Counted from the stretch's first letter, positions 48,300 through 58,619 are shown. The stretch is DNA of 64,000 nucleotides from Candidatus Bathyarchaeia archaeon (GCA_049512935.1 JBEKWR010000004.1:1-64000), one strand, 5' to 3'. Notes: generated from the sequence alone by a model not told the origin. A program made the numbers and translations.

Positions 48300-49050
48300 A
48301 GAGTTCGCTGAAATCCAGCCGAACAACCCGATTCTGATAGAGGGTCTTCCAGGCTTAGGGCTTGTGGGCAAAATCGCCCTCCGCTACCTGGTGAAGCAGT
48401 TGAAACCCAAGAAGGTAGCGTACCTCTACTCGCCTCACTTTCCATACTTTGTCTTGGTCAACAAGAAGGGAAACGTCCGCTTACTCAGAGGCGTGTTCTA
48501 CTACTACAAGAACCCAAACGGAAACGACTTGATCCTGTTCACCGGCGACAGCCAATCGCAGACAATCGAGGGACAGTACGAAATCGCCGATCAAATCCTC
48601 GCGTTCTCGGAGAGGCACAACGTGAAAACAATCGCAACCATAGGCGGCTACCGAATGGAGCCTAAAGAGAAACCCAAAGTCTTCATCGCGGCGACTTCGC
48701 AGGAACTCCTAAACAAGGCATTGCAGGCAGGCGCCACACTTAGCAACTCGGGAAGCCCCATCGTCGGAACGGCTGGACTCATACTTGGCTTGGCAAAATT
48801 CAAGAAAATAGAGGCTCTCTGCCTGCTCGGCGAAACCCGCGGTTACCTTCCTGACCCTCTCTCGGCGAAAAGCGTGCTGGAAGTCTTAAAATCAACTTTC
48901 AACTTCGACCTCGACTTAACCGGGTTAAACGAGGAAATCGCCCGTGCGGAAACAATGGTGACTCGGCTTCAGCAGATTGAAGAAAAACGCGCGTTGGAAG
49001 CTGAACAGACCCGCAAAGAAGAAGACAAAAAAACCACCTACATATCCTGA
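48280..49050 (+). CDS. PAC2-family proteasome assembly chaperone
   Basis: IEGLPGLGLVGKIA, GDSQ, IVG.AGL.LG, LLGET.GY..DP. Confidence 0.9.
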   Translation: MKETYLKEFAEIQPNNPILIEGLPGLGLVGKIALRYLVKQLKPKKVAYLYSPHFPYFVLVNKKGNVRLLRGVFYYYKNPNGNDLILFTGDSQSQTIEGQYEIADQILAFSERHNVKTIATIGGYRMEPKEKPKVFIAATSQELLNKALQAGATLSNSGSPIVGTAGLILGLAKFKKIEALCLLGETRGYLPDPLSAKSVLEVLKSTFNFDLDLTGLNEEIARAETMVTRLQQIEEKRALEAEQTRKEEDKKTTYIS

Positions 49051-49101
49051 CCGAAGCTTTCTTTTGCCACCACTGGCTTAATCGACAATGCACGGCTCTG
49101 C

Positions 49102-51138
49102 TTAGGTTTTCTTTAAGCATCCTTCTCTGGGCTCGTAGATTGTTCCCTCACGAAGCAGCTGGCTTATCATGCGTTCGACTTCGCCCCTTGGAATCTTGCT
49201 CTTCGTCTCCAACTCGGTGACAAGCGCCTCCTTCTCAACTATGCCCGTCACCTTCTCCATGCTCATCAGCGTTGACAACACGATGGAGAGTCTGTCACGG
49301 ATGCTTTTGGGTCTGCCCGTCATTATAAGGTCAATGTCCATTTTGTACGAGGACAAGTCAATCCCAACTTCTTCCAGAGACTTCTTCATGATAGAGATAG
49401 CGGCGCCTGCATCTTCAGCAGTTACTTCCCGACGTAGCGCTACCCGAGCTCGGGCTTCTGAAAGGCGAATAAGCGACTCAAGCTGGCGTGCAGTTATCGC
49501 CACGGGTGAGCCTTCTGTTTCGCTTGCCGAACGCATGGCTAAATAGAAGTCGCTAAGCTGCTTTAGTGCGTCGTCGGTAAGCACAGGCTTAATCCCCTTC
49601 GCGTAACTGACATATTTGCGCAGCAACTCCGCGTCAACCTGCGCCTCAACAGGACTCGCTCCCCTACGATGAATCTCCAAAATATGCTTCGACATTTTAC
49701 TGTCCGACTCCTTGTTAGGCACGTCACGAAGCACGAAAATCAAGTCAAAACGGGACAAAATGGTCACTGGCAACGGAACGTTCTCCGCCACGGTGCGGTT
49801 CGGCTCATACCTGCCTAAAGACGGGTTGGCAGCCGCCAAAACCGCAGTTCTCGCATTCAACGTCGCAACGATGCCGCCTTTCGCAACCGAAACCGTATGC
49901 TGCTCCATCGCCTCATGGATGGCAACGCGGTCTTCAGGACGCATTTTGTCCATTTCGTCGATACAAGCTATTCCTTTGTCGGCTAGCACCAAAGCTCCTG
50001 CTTCCAGCGACATACTTCCGCCTTTTTCCCGTACCACTGCGGCAGTTAATCCTGCGGCGGTTGTTCCCCTTCCAGAAGTGTATAGTCCACGGGGCGCTAT
50101 TCTGGCTACATACTGGAGAAGCTGCGATTTGGCGGTTCCAGGGTCTCCGATCAGCAAGATGTTGGGTTCTCCTCTGATGCTTACGTCAGGTAGGGTTTTT
50201 GAGACTCCGCCGAAGAGCAAATACATAATTGCTTCTTTGATATGTTCGTAGCCGAAGATTGACGGCGCGATGGAATCCCTGATTTTTCTGTGCACCCACG
50301 GGTCTTTCGACAGGGCTTGGATTTTTTCTTCCTCTTCAGGGGTTGGTGGAGAAGTTTCGGGTTCTTTGCCCAGCAATTCGACGGAGTTAGCATCAAGTTG
50401 AAGGATAAAAGTTCGAAGTTTTCCCATTCCCATCAGCGAAGGCGCGAAAGCATGCACGATGCCTACTATGGAAACGTGGTCTCCTGGTCTGGCAACGTCA
50501 ACGATGTCGTCGCCCACTGTTTTGACGGCTAATGTACGCGGCAACTGCCCCGGAGGCAGGTCTTCGGGTTTTTCTTGTAACCGCAGGTCTTGTGAGTCTA
50601 TGAATGTGGATTCTTCCTGGACGAATTCGAAGGGGCCGTCTCTTCCGCAGTCGGGTGCAATGCATACGGTGGGCGCTTTAAGAAACTGCCCAGTTTGCTC
50701 GACCATGTTCATGGTTCCGCAGCGTTTGCATTTGAATGCTCCTTGCAGAACCATGGGTCTCACAGGTGTGGCTCTCACAACTATGCCCTCAACCATAACG
50801 AGCTTGGTCATCTGTTTTGACCCGAGCTTTCGGAGCTGTTCCTTGCCGAGGAGCTGTACGATTCTTATGCTGATTTTCTCTATTTTTTCAGCGTACTCAA
50901 CGTCTTCTATGCGAAGTTGCTCGTAGGCGCCTTTTCCAGCATGCTGCAAGTATTCTTCAGGTCTGTTGAGCACCTGCTCCGCGAGCGCTTGGTCGAAGCC
51001 GTAGAGTTCTTCAAAATCGATTAGTATCGAGTTTTTTCCGGTCATGGCTAACTGCGCGATTCTTTGACGGTACTTTTCCCTCTTAAAAAACTCCTGAAAA
51101 CGCTGCTGAGGATCCACAGTTAACTGTTCGTTAGTCAT
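49102..51138 (-). CDS. mcm: Replicative helicase MCM
   Basis: GDPGTAKSQLL, IDEMDKM, SRFDLIF, ITARQLE; no intein seen. Confidence 0.97.
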   Translation of the reverse strand: MTNEQLTVDPQQRFQEFFKREKYRQRIAQLAMTGKNSILIDFEELYGFDQALAEQVLNRPEEYLQHAGKGAYEQLRIEDVEYAEKIEKISIRIVQLLGKEQLRKLGSKQMTKLVMVEGIVVRATPVRPMVLQGAFKCKRCGTMNMVEQTGQFLKAPTVCIAPDCGRDGPFEFVQEESTFIDSQDLRLQEKPEDLPPGQLPRTLAVKTVGDDIVDVARPGDHVSIVGIVHAFAPSLMGMGKLRTFILQLDANSVELLGKEPETSPPTPEEEEKIQALSKDPWVHRKIRDSIAPSIFGYEHIKEAIMYLLFGGVSKTLPDVSIRGEPNILLIGDPGTAKSQLLQYVARIAPRGLYTSGRGTTAAGLTAAVVREKGGSMSLEAGALVLADKGIACIDEMDKMRPEDRVAIHEAMEQHTVSVAKGGIVATLNARTAVLAAANPSLGRYEPNRTVAENVPLPVTILSRFDLIFVLRDVPNKESDSKMSKHILEIHRRGASPVEAQVDAELLRKYVSYAKGIKPVLTDDALKQLSDFYLAMRSASETEGSPVAITARQLESLIRLSEARARVALRREVTAEDAGAAISIMKKSLEEVGIDLSSYKMDIDLIMTGRPKSIRDRLSIVLSTLMSMEKVTGIVEKEALVTELETKSKIPRGEVERMISQLLREGTIYEPREGCLKKT

Positions 51139-51140
51139 CT

Positions 51141-51692
51141 CTACTTTTCACCTTCCACATCCAGAATCTTGGCTTTCCACTCAGAAATAATCTTAACCAG
51201 CTGCTCGTAGAGGATTCTTTCTTCGCCAGAGAACTTTTTAAGAACCTGTTCCCCTTGACCAGGCGCACCAGAAAGCGCAATGATCTTTTTCAGCCGGGAA
51301 TTCACCACGTCTTTTGCCAGATGCTGCGCTTTTTGGTACTCGCTTATTTTTTCAGGCTGAGTGGCCTCCTGTTTTAGGATAGCCACGTAGCGTCTAAGCT
51401 TGGGGTAAAAATCGATTGGTAACTCGGAGATTTGCCCTGGAATCTGCACGCCTTCTCTCCACTGCACCTTAAACAGTTTAGTCGTGTCCAAGACGTCGTC
51501 TTCGCGGAAATGAGCCATTCCCGCATCGGCTAGCTCTTTCGCCACCCAAAAATAAACTTCATACTCGTTTCCCTCATCAAAGGGGCCAACCGTCAAGCCA
51601 GCAAGCTTAATCTCGGGGCAGTTCCTGTTGGCGACGATTCTAACAAGCGAATTCTCGTAACAGAAATCCAACGTGCAAATTTTCGTCGCCAA
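51141..51692 (-). CDS. GINS subunit (Gins23 type)
   Basis: Directly upstream of mcm; W.A..L...G, LP.DFY, RL.KI, EE..LY motifs. Confidence 0.75.
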   Translation of the reverse strand: MATKICTLDFCYENSLVRIVANRNCPEIKLAGLTVGPFDEGNEYEVYFWVAKELADAGMAHFREDDVLDTTKLFKVQWREGVQIPGQISELPIDFYPKLRRYVAILKQEATQPEKISEYQKAQHLAKDVVNSRLKKIIALSGAPGQGEQVLKKFSGEERILYEQLVKIISEWKAKILDVEGEK

Positions 51693-51886
51693 ACCCTTTT
51701 TTCTCCCTCAAGTCCGATTGCTGTCCCTTTGTGGGGTTCAACAGATATGACGAGAAAGGTTTTAAGCGTTTGCACTAGAAAAAAACAAAGCCAAAGAATG
51801 TTTTTCATAGCTAATGCTGAGAAATTACAGCCTCTGTCATAAGGCTTTACTGTTGGACCCTTTCAAGAAATGTAAAAAGAAAAAGT

Positions 51887-53137
51887 TTATGGCCATAGTC
51901 CCAGTGTTTTTATTGCGTTCGCGACCCTGCCGACTCCCAGCATCAACGCCCCAGTGCGCATGTCGCTCTCTTCCCTCTCCGCTAGGGCGGCGACGTCGTT
52001 GAAGGCTTTAGTCATTTTTTCCTCAAGCTTGCTGTTTACCGTTTCCAGCGTCCATTGTTCGCGTGTCAGGTTTTGGACCCATTCAAAGTAGCTGACGGTT
52101 ACTCCGCCGCAGTTAGCAAGTATGTCGGGTATGAGGCAAATCCCTTTTTCGTACAGAACCTTGTCAGCGTCAGGTGTCGTCGGCCCGTTTGCGGCTTCAG
52201 CAACCATTTTTGCCTTTATTTTGTCCGCGTTTTTGCAGGTAATCTGGTTCTCCAGAGCCGCCGGGATGAGCACGTCGCAGGGCAACTCAAGCAGTTCAGC
52301 GTTGGTTATGTTTCTGGAGTCTTTGTAGTTTTGCACGGAACCTGTTTTTTCTTTGTGCGCCAAAACGTCCGGGATCTTTAAGCCGTCTGACGCGAATATG
52401 CCTCCTGTGGAGTCGCTGACGGCTATGACTTTGGCGCCTACTTCCTGAGCTGTCGCTGCTGCATGATAACCCACGTTGCCGAATCCTTGGATGGCAACTG
52501 AGGCGTTTTTAAGTTTCAGTCCTTTGTTTTCCGCAGCTTGCTTTACGCAGTGGATGACGCCTCTGCCCGTGGCTTCCGTTCTGCCCCATGAACCGCCGAT
52601 CTCAACCGGTTTGCCCGTGGCGCTTTCGGGTATGCTGTAGCCTTTCAGTTGGCTGTATGTGTCCATTATCCAAGCCATGGTCTGTGCGTCGGTGTACATG
52701 TCTGGCGCGGGGATGTCGCGATGAGGACCCAGATACTCGACGATGAGGCTTACGTACCTTCTCGTCAACCGCTCAAGCTCATGCCTGCTCATCTTTTTCG
52801 TGTCCACCATTATCCCGCCTTTCGCGCCTCCGAACGGAATGTTAGCGATGGCGCATTTCCAAGTCATCAGCATCGCCAAAGCGGTGACATCGTCAAGCGT
52901 AACGGTGGGGCTGTAGCGGATTCCTCCCTTGAACGGCCCGCGTGCGTCCCAATGCTGGACTCGGACGCCGCTGAAAACCCCGACGACCCCGTTGTCCATG
53001 CGGATGTCGATGCTGACGCTGATGGAGCGTTTCGGCAGGCTAAGCATCCTGCAGATGCCAGGGTCTAACTCTAATTTTTTGGTTGCAAGTCTAAGTTGGG
53101 ATAATGCCACGTTTAATGTTGCATGTTCTTCCGCCAT
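51887..53137 (-). CDS. gdhA: Glutamate dehydrogenase
   Basis: RGPFKGGIR, GGAKGG, DIPAPD, QGFGNVG, EAANGP, VSYFEWVQN. Confidence 0.95.
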   Translation of the reverse strand: MAEEHATLNVALSQLRLATKKLELDPGICRMLSLPKRSISVSIDIRMDNGVVGVFSGVRVQHWDARGPFKGGIRYSPTVTLDDVTALAMLMTWKCAIANIPFGGAKGGIMVDTKKMSRHELERLTRRYVSLIVEYLGPHRDIPAPDMYTDAQTMAWIMDTYSQLKGYSIPESATGKPVEIGGSWGRTEATGRGVIHCVKQAAENKGLKLKNASVAIQGFGNVGYHAAATAQEVGAKVIAVSDSTGGIFASDGLKIPDVLAHKEKTGSVQNYKDSRNITNAELLELPCDVLIPAALENQITCKNADKIKAKMVAEAANGPTTPDADKVLYEKGICLIPDILANCGGVTVSYFEWVQNLTREQWTLETVNSKLEEKMTKAFNDVAALAEREESDMRTGALMLGVGRVANAIKTLGLWP

Positions 53138-53311
53138 AAAACCTCGCCTTCTATAAAGAGTGTTAATAAGCAGTGGCTAGATAAGATTTGCCTTCGCTGT
53201 TTCTGTGTGTTTAGTTGATGCTTTCGTATACGGGGGTCTTACCGCCATTATTAATCAAAAAGAATTCTTTTGCGGTTTTATTGTTTGAAACAGAATCTAA
53301 TTAGCGCTAAC

Positions 53312-53605
53312 TTATTTGAGTTTCTTGTCGCCGAATATTTCTAGGAAGCCTTTCATCTTCCAGTAAGTGTCTAAAAACTCTAGCCCGCGAGGGGTAGCAA
53401 AGTACAGAGTCTGCTCCTCGACCGCAAGTTTCCTAGCCAAGCCGTAGCTGCTCAGCGCATCCAGCATTTTTCTAAGACGATCCACTGGGACGCCTACGCC
53501 GTAGGAGATGCGGGTGATTTTGCCGCCTTCAGGGTAACGAATGAGAACCTCCAGCACTTGAGCGTACAGGTCGGTTCTCGAACGCTTAGTTTCATGGTCT
53601 CTCAT
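53312..53605 (-). CDS. Winged-helix transcriptional regulator (archaeal HTH_45-like)
   Basis: RSRTDLYA.VL...KITRISY...L..L...GL.....T.RG.EFL. Confidence 0.8.
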   Translation of the reverse strand: MRDHETKRSRTDLYAQVLEVLIRYPEGGKITRISYGVGVPVDRLRKMLDALSSYGLARKLAVEEQTLYFATPRGLEFLDTYWKMKGFLEIFGDKKLK

Positions 53606-53629
53606 GCATGCGCATCTCCCGTAGGTATG

Positions 53630-54979
53630 TCAAAATGGGGGTTTAGGAAGTGTGTCCACTTTTTTGGGCTCTTCGCTTACCGCTGCGCCAAAATCCATCT
53701 TTAACTCTCTGGTGTAAGTTACTTGTTCTGCAGCTGAACCCTGCTCAAGCCTAACCGTATCAGCGAATATCTGCCCGGCCCTGCACATCGGGCCAAGCAA
53801 CACTTCTATCCCATAAACGTCATCAACTCTTGCCATGCCCCCACCCGTCCATAGACCCCTCGCTGCCAATGCCTGATTGAGAAGAGTGGCGTGGTGTTCG
53901 ATAAGCCAATTGATTCCCCCACCACCATAACTTAAATCCACGCTTTTCCCAATTTCCACCCGCTCGCCAATCAACACGCCTTCGCATCGGCTGCCGCCCC
54001 GTACCGTCACCAGTTTGGCTTTCAATCCATTTTTTGTTTCTATTTTGCCGCTGATATCTGCCTCTTCTTTGACTGTAATCTTGGTTGCCGTCAATTTGCC
54101 GCTGACTCGTAGCTTTGTACTTTCAAAGTCGCCAGTTACTTCTATCACGCCGTAGCCTTCAAGTTTGTCCGAAACAAAGAGTGACCCCGTCACCTCAAAT
54201 TTTCCGCCAACCTCGACATATTCAGCGTGGCAATCGCCGCGTATTTCAATGACGCCGCCTACCTCGATGTGGTCGCAAGTTATGTTTCCTTCGACTTCCA
54301 GTTTGCCGAAGGTTGAAACTTTGCGTCCCTTGCAGCCGTCAGGCAACGAGCCTTTGCCGTAGACTAATAGTTCGCCGAACTCAAGCGGTGATTTGCTGAT
54401 GAATTTTCCGCCGACTCGAATGTTGCCCGATATGGATCCGCCGCCCACTTCGACTTCGCCGCCTACATTGAGGTCGCCTAGTTTGACTTTGCCAAGCGCG
54501 ACTACTTTTCCGCCTACGTCAACGCTTGAGGCTTCAAACATGTTTTCGATGTCTGCGCGTCCGCCGACTCGGATTCTGCCGCATTTTATGGCGCCTGCTT
54601 GTATTCTTCCGCCCACGTCGATATTTCCGCTGTCTATTAAGCCTGTGACTTTTACTGAGTGGCTGACGTTGAGTTGTTTGTGAACGGTCAAGTTGCCGTT
54701 TACCTCGAGTTTTCCAACATATCGCCCTGTCACGTCTAGCCGTGCGCTTTCAGAATCCCAATCGAACTCTTTGCTTTTTGAAAGGAAAGCCCTTGATTCC
54801 AGTATGTCACATTCAAGATCGCAGTTTACGTATGCTTTGCCTTCCAAGTAGACGCCTCCAGTGACGACGACGTTTTTGCCGTTGCTGGCTTCGATCGTTG
54901 CGTTGTTGCCTATTTGGACTTCGCCGTCTACAATGTCGAGTTTGACGGTTTGTCCGCGTGGGATACGTAAATTCGACAT
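53630..54979 (-). CDS. Polymer-forming/bactofilin-like beta-solenoid protein
   Basis: Many ~16-17-aa repeats centred on (D/R/E)VGG. Confidence 0.6.
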   Translation of the reverse strand: MSNLRIPRGQTVKLDIVDGEVQIGNNATIEASNGKNVVVTGGVYLEGKAYVNCDLECDILESRAFLSKSKEFDWDSESARLDVTGRYVGKLEVNGNLTVHKQLNVSHSVKVTGLIDSGNIDVGGRIQAGAIKCGRIRVGGRADIENMFEASSVDVGGKVVALGKVKLGDLNVGGEVEVGGGSISGNIRVGGKFISKSPLEFGELLVYGKGSLPDGCKGRKVSTFGKLEVEGNITCDHIEVGGVIEIRGDCHAEYVEVGGKFEVTGSLFVSDKLEGYGVIEVTGDFESTKLRVSGKLTATKITVKEEADISGKIETKNGLKAKLVTVRGGSRCEGVLIGERVEIGKSVDLSYGGGGINWLIEHHATLLNQALAARGLWTGGGMARVDDVYGIEVLLGPMCRAGQIFADTVRLEQGSAAEQVTYTRELKMDFGAAVSEEPKKVDTLPKPPF

Positions 54980-55052
54980 GGTTTTTAGTACTCCTCCAGT
55001 GCTTTTAAGGTTGATTCACATTGCGTTACTGTCGTCATTCTTTGATTCTCCT

Positions 55053-55913
55053 TTACTCTGCTTTCAAAGCTCTCCGCGCAATCAAGTATCCAATCACAGC
55101 AAAGACTACAGCGAAGACGACTAAATATAGCATGTTTCCAGCAAGCGTTGACAGTTGCCCTGAGGAGGGATTGCCGTTTACTATGAGTAATCTGGCGGTT
55201 TCGCAAGCTTTTGTGATTGGGTTAACTTCAGCTATGCCTTTGAGCCATGATGGGAAATTTCCCAGTGGAAATATGGCGCTGCTTATAAAGATCAAGGGAA
55301 AAGCCAGGAAGTTTACGATCGCAACAAGTGAATCAACTTGTTTTACTGAGTAGGCAAGTGCGGTGAAGAGACAGCCAAATCCAAACGTTAAGAGTCCGAA
55401 AGCAGCAAAGATGCCGACGAGGTTAAGCACTCCGAAGCCCGTGCCAACTTGTAACCCGTTTGGAAGAAGAAAACCGATTATGAATGTTAGCAAAGCTATG
55501 AACATGGCTTTCACAAAGTTCTGCATTACGCCCGAAAAAAATATTGATGCTCTGGATATCGGTGCGCTCAGTAGAGAGTTAAGGTAGCCTAGCTGTCTAT
55601 CAAGTACTAAGTCGATTCCGCCGTAGGCAGCGTTAATTATAACTACGAACGAGATTACGCCCGCTGTGAGGAACGTTATGTAGTTTGCTGCACCGCCGAA
55701 CACTGAAGTTATGGCGGCCCTTATCTGTTCAAGCAAAACAGGCGACAACGCGGTGCCACCGATTTGTGAGGGAACAAGATTGACGGGGTTAAATGAACTT
55801 CCAAAAAGCACTAGCCAAAAGACAGCCATGAATAATCCAGGCATCATGGCGGCGGGGTTTCGTATCCATTTTTTTAGGAAACGATTTGTCAAAGCTATAG
55901 TGTCGCCGAACAT
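55053..55913 (-). CDS. ABC-2 type transporter permease
   Basis: LDRQLGYL..LL.API.R, FP.IF.SSA.FP...P.WL..IA.VNP.T. Confidence 0.9.
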   Translation of the reverse strand: MFGDTIALTNRFLKKWIRNPAAMMPGLFMAVFWLVLFGSSFNPVNLVPSQIGGTALSPVLLEQIRAAITSVFGGAANYITFLTAGVISFVVIINAAYGGIDLVLDRQLGYLNSLLSAPISRASIFFSGVMQNFVKAMFIALLTFIIGFLLPNGLQVGTGFGVLNLVGIFAAFGLLTFGFGCLFTALAYSVKQVDSLVAIVNFLAFPLIFISSAIFPLGNFPSWLKGIAEVNPITKACETARLLIVNGNPSSGQLSTLAGNMLYLVVFAVVFAVIGYLIARRALKAE

Positions 55914-55914
55914 T

Positions 55915-56910
55915 TTACTTCATCCTCTCAATCAGAACCCGCTGTCCAAACGAATCGCCGTTTCTTCCTGCGTCTCGCATTGTGTTGCCTGTGATTTGCA
56001 GGAAGACCTGGTTAAGTGTCGGTTTAGCCAATGTTATATCGGAGATTTTGAGCCCTTTCTTGGTTATGGCTTCAACTATCGCCGGTAGCGCCGTCTCCGT
56101 TCTGGTGAGCTTAAGGTGGTAAATTTCTCCTTGTTTCGCTACTTCGGCAACGTCTTGGATTCCTCTGAGCATCGCGGATACGTCAGCGCCGTCCGTAAGC
56201 TGCAAAGTCAAGACTGTTCCGGCAAGTTTGCTTTTAAGCTCTGAAGGAGAACCCGACACTTTGATTACCCCGCTGTCGATTATTGCGACTCTGTCACAAA
56301 GAGAGTCGGCTTCTTCCAAGTAATGTGTCGTCATGAATACGGTGATCCCGCCTTCACGGTTAAGTCGTCGAATGTAAGCCCACATGTTCTGCCTCGTTTG
56401 GATGTCCAACCCCAATGTCGGCTCGTCTAAAAACAGGATTTTCGGCTCATGAATCAAACCCATGGCCAACTGTAGTCGTCTGCGCATGCCGCCCGAGTAG
56501 GTTTTAACCTGTCTTTGCTCAGCACTTTCGAGCTCCAAAAGCTTCAGCAAATCCTGTGCCTTCTTGCGGGCGGTATCGTTCGGGACATGGTGGAGCTTGG
56601 CTGAGAGAAGCAGGTTTTCTATGCCCTTGAGTTCATCGTCTGCCGTAAGTTCCTGCGGCACAATGCCTATGGTCTTGCGGACTTCTGCTGGCTTACTGTT
56701 TACATCGTATCCAGCAACGGTTGCTTTTCCCGAAGTTATCGCCGCCAAAGTCGTCAGCATCTTGATTGTCGTGGTTTTTCCCGCGCCGTTAGGTCCAAGG
56801 AAACCGAACAGTTCCCCCTCTTCAACCGAGAAGGAAATGTCGTCCACGGCTTTGACCGATTTCTTGTAGATTTTGGTGAGGCCCTCAGCCTCGATTATCT
56901 TATTTTTCAT
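55915..56910 (-). CDS. ABC transporter ATP-binding protein (DrrA-like)
   Basis: GPNGAGKTT, YSGGMRRR, LFLDEPT, TTHYLEEAD. Confidence 0.93.
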   Translation of the reverse strand: MKNKIIEAEGLTKIYKKSVKAVDDISFSVEEGELFGFLGPNGAGKTTTIKMLTTLAAITSGKATVAGYDVNSKPAEVRKTIGIVPQELTADDELKGIENLLLSAKLHHVPNDTARKKAQDLLKLLELESAEQRQVKTYSGGMRRRLQLAMGLIHEPKILFLDEPTLGLDIQTRQNMWAYIRRLNREGGITVFMTTHYLEEADSLCDRVAIIDSGVIKVSGSPSELKSKLAGTVLTLQLTDGADVSAMLRGIQDVAEVAKQGEIYHLKLTRTETALPAIVEAITKKGLKISDITLAKPTLNQVFLQITGNTMRDAGRNGDSFGQRVLIERMK

Positions 56911-57023
56911 CCGATTCACTTCTTTCAGGGTAAATCGGCGAATTTCAATAAATAGTCAGTTCACACACGGTAAACACAGCGAGTACACACAACAAGTTAG
57001 TAATGTTAAAAAAGCGAAGAGCG

Positions 57024-57362
57024 TTAGAATTTCTCAAGGTATTCTTCGAATTGTTTTCTGTCTCTGAGGCATTGGGGGCAAACGCAGCTGAGCGGGAGGT
57101 TCTTGGTGGTGCATAACTCGCCGTATTTGCAGTCGGCGCATGGGAACTCTTTTCCGCATCGGGTGCAGCTTTGCAGGAAAACCACTTCCGTGTCCAGTAT
57201 GCCCGTGAGCGTATCCATGAGCTTCTCGATGTTGTTGCAGTTTTTTACTGAGAAGACGCCTAGCTCCCTGTTGTAATCTAAACCGAGATTCATTAGAAGG
57301 ACGAATTTTTCCCTCTCGACCCTTGGAAGCTTGAAAGCCTTCGGGTTTAAAACTGCCACCAT
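57024..57362 (-). CDS. Cys-rich hypothetical protein downstream of rfcL
   Basis: CTRC....C.DC....C.......C.C..C; tightly linked to rfcL. Confidence 0.65.
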   Translation of the reverse strand: MVAVLNPKAFKLPRVEREKFVLLMNLGLDYNRELGVFSVKNCNNIEKLMDTLTGILDTEVVFLQSCTRCGKEFPCADCKYGELCTTKNLPLSCVCPQCLRDRKQFEEYLEKF

Positions 57363-57377
57363 CCCAACGTTTCCTCC

Positions 57378-58619
57378 CTAGTACCTGCTCATTTTAGCGA
57401 GGAAATCAGCCTCTTCAGGCGTGAACTTAAACCAAGAAGCCAGCTGGCTTGATTTTTTCTGTTGAAGCAAAGTTTTGACGTAGGGTACGAAGTCGTGTTT
57501 GGCTTTTTCGTGGGAAACGTGGCATTGAGCTCCTATCTTGCCGCAGATGGCGTCCAGCGTTGATCTTTTGCCCTTTGTCCAGAACAGCGTGATGATGCGA
57601 ATGGGCGGCGTGATGAATTCGAAGGGAAGGTAAGATTCTGGCGCAACTGAAGCGGCTTGGGACATGGAGTTGTAGAAGTACTTTAGGAGATGCCAGTTTT
57701 CCGTTCCGATCCTTCCGCGGTACATGTCGGCTTGCGAGACGAAATCGTAGGCTGCGGCAAGCTCCTCTGGGTTGGTGTACCGTTTGGGTAGGTTGTCGCT
57801 TACCGACATAAGGAGCTCGTCGTAGTCAACGTTTGAGCGGCTAAGCAAGGCTGATGCTTCAGCGATGGATTTCGCCGAAAAGAACCCTCGGAGCGTTTCG
57901 TCCATGCTGATGTCCTTGTTTCTTGAGCTCAAAGTCATGGTGTCCTGAAGGGTTAGGACGCGGTTTTGTTCGCTTAGGCTTTGAAGGTCATTTATGGCTG
58001 ACCGAACGTCGCCCCTGCTGTTTTGTGCAATGTGTTCAAGTGCTTCAAACTCGGCTTTCACATGTTCCAGCAGGCAGATTCTCTGGAGCAAGGCGATGAG
58101 AAGCGGTATTCTTATCTGCTGAAACCGTATGAGCAAGCAAACCTTCTTGAGCGGTCTAAGCTTGTCTATGTCAGGGTCGTTTGCCGCCATGATGACTGGG
58201 ACTTGGGATTTCTCAACGATTTCTATTATGGCGCTTACTCCGCCCCTGTCCTCGTTGCCTGCTATGCCGTCGACCTCGTCGAGGAAGAGAATGTTGCCTT
58301 TGCTCTGTGTTGATGTTGAGAAAGCGTCTAAGGCGACGTATGAAGTTGCGGGTTTCGCAACGGCATTTATGGCTTTTTCTGACCGCGTGTCGCTGGCGTT
58401 CATTTCGATGATGGTGAACCCGTACTCTTTCGCGGCGGCGTTAGCCAGCGCAGTTTTTCCCACGCCCGGCGGCCCGTAAAGCAGCACTGCTTTTTTTGTT
58501 TTGCTTTTGCGTTTGCCTCTGAGCCACTCGACAAACGTGGCTTTCGCTTCTTCGTTGCCGACTATGTCCTCTATCTTTTTTGGACGGTACTTTTCAACCC
58601 ACAAAAGGTCATTTCGCAT
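57378..58619 (-). CDS. rfcL: Replication factor C large subunit
   Basis: WVEKYRP, GPPGVGKT, EMNASD.R, DEVDG, GDVRSAINDLQ. Confidence 0.94.
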   Translation of the reverse strand: MRNDLLWVEKYRPKKIEDIVGNEEAKATFVEWLRGKRKSKTKKAVLLYGPPGVGKTALANAAAKEYGFTIIEMNASDTRSEKAINAVAKPATSYVALDAFSTSTQSKGNILFLDEVDGIAGNEDRGGVSAIIEIVEKSQVPVIMAANDPDIDKLRPLKKVCLLIRFQQIRIPLLIALLQRICLLEHVKAEFEALEHIAQNSRGDVRSAINDLQSLSEQNRVLTLQDTMTLSSRNKDISMDETLRGFFSAKSIAEASALLSRSNVDYDELLMSVSDNLPKRYTNPEELAAAYDFVSQADMYRGRIGTENWHLLKYFYNSMSQAASVAPESYLPFEFITPPIRIITLFWTKGKRSTLDAICGKIGAQCHVSHEKAKHDFVPYVKTLLQQKKSSQLASWFKFTPEEADFLAKMSRY

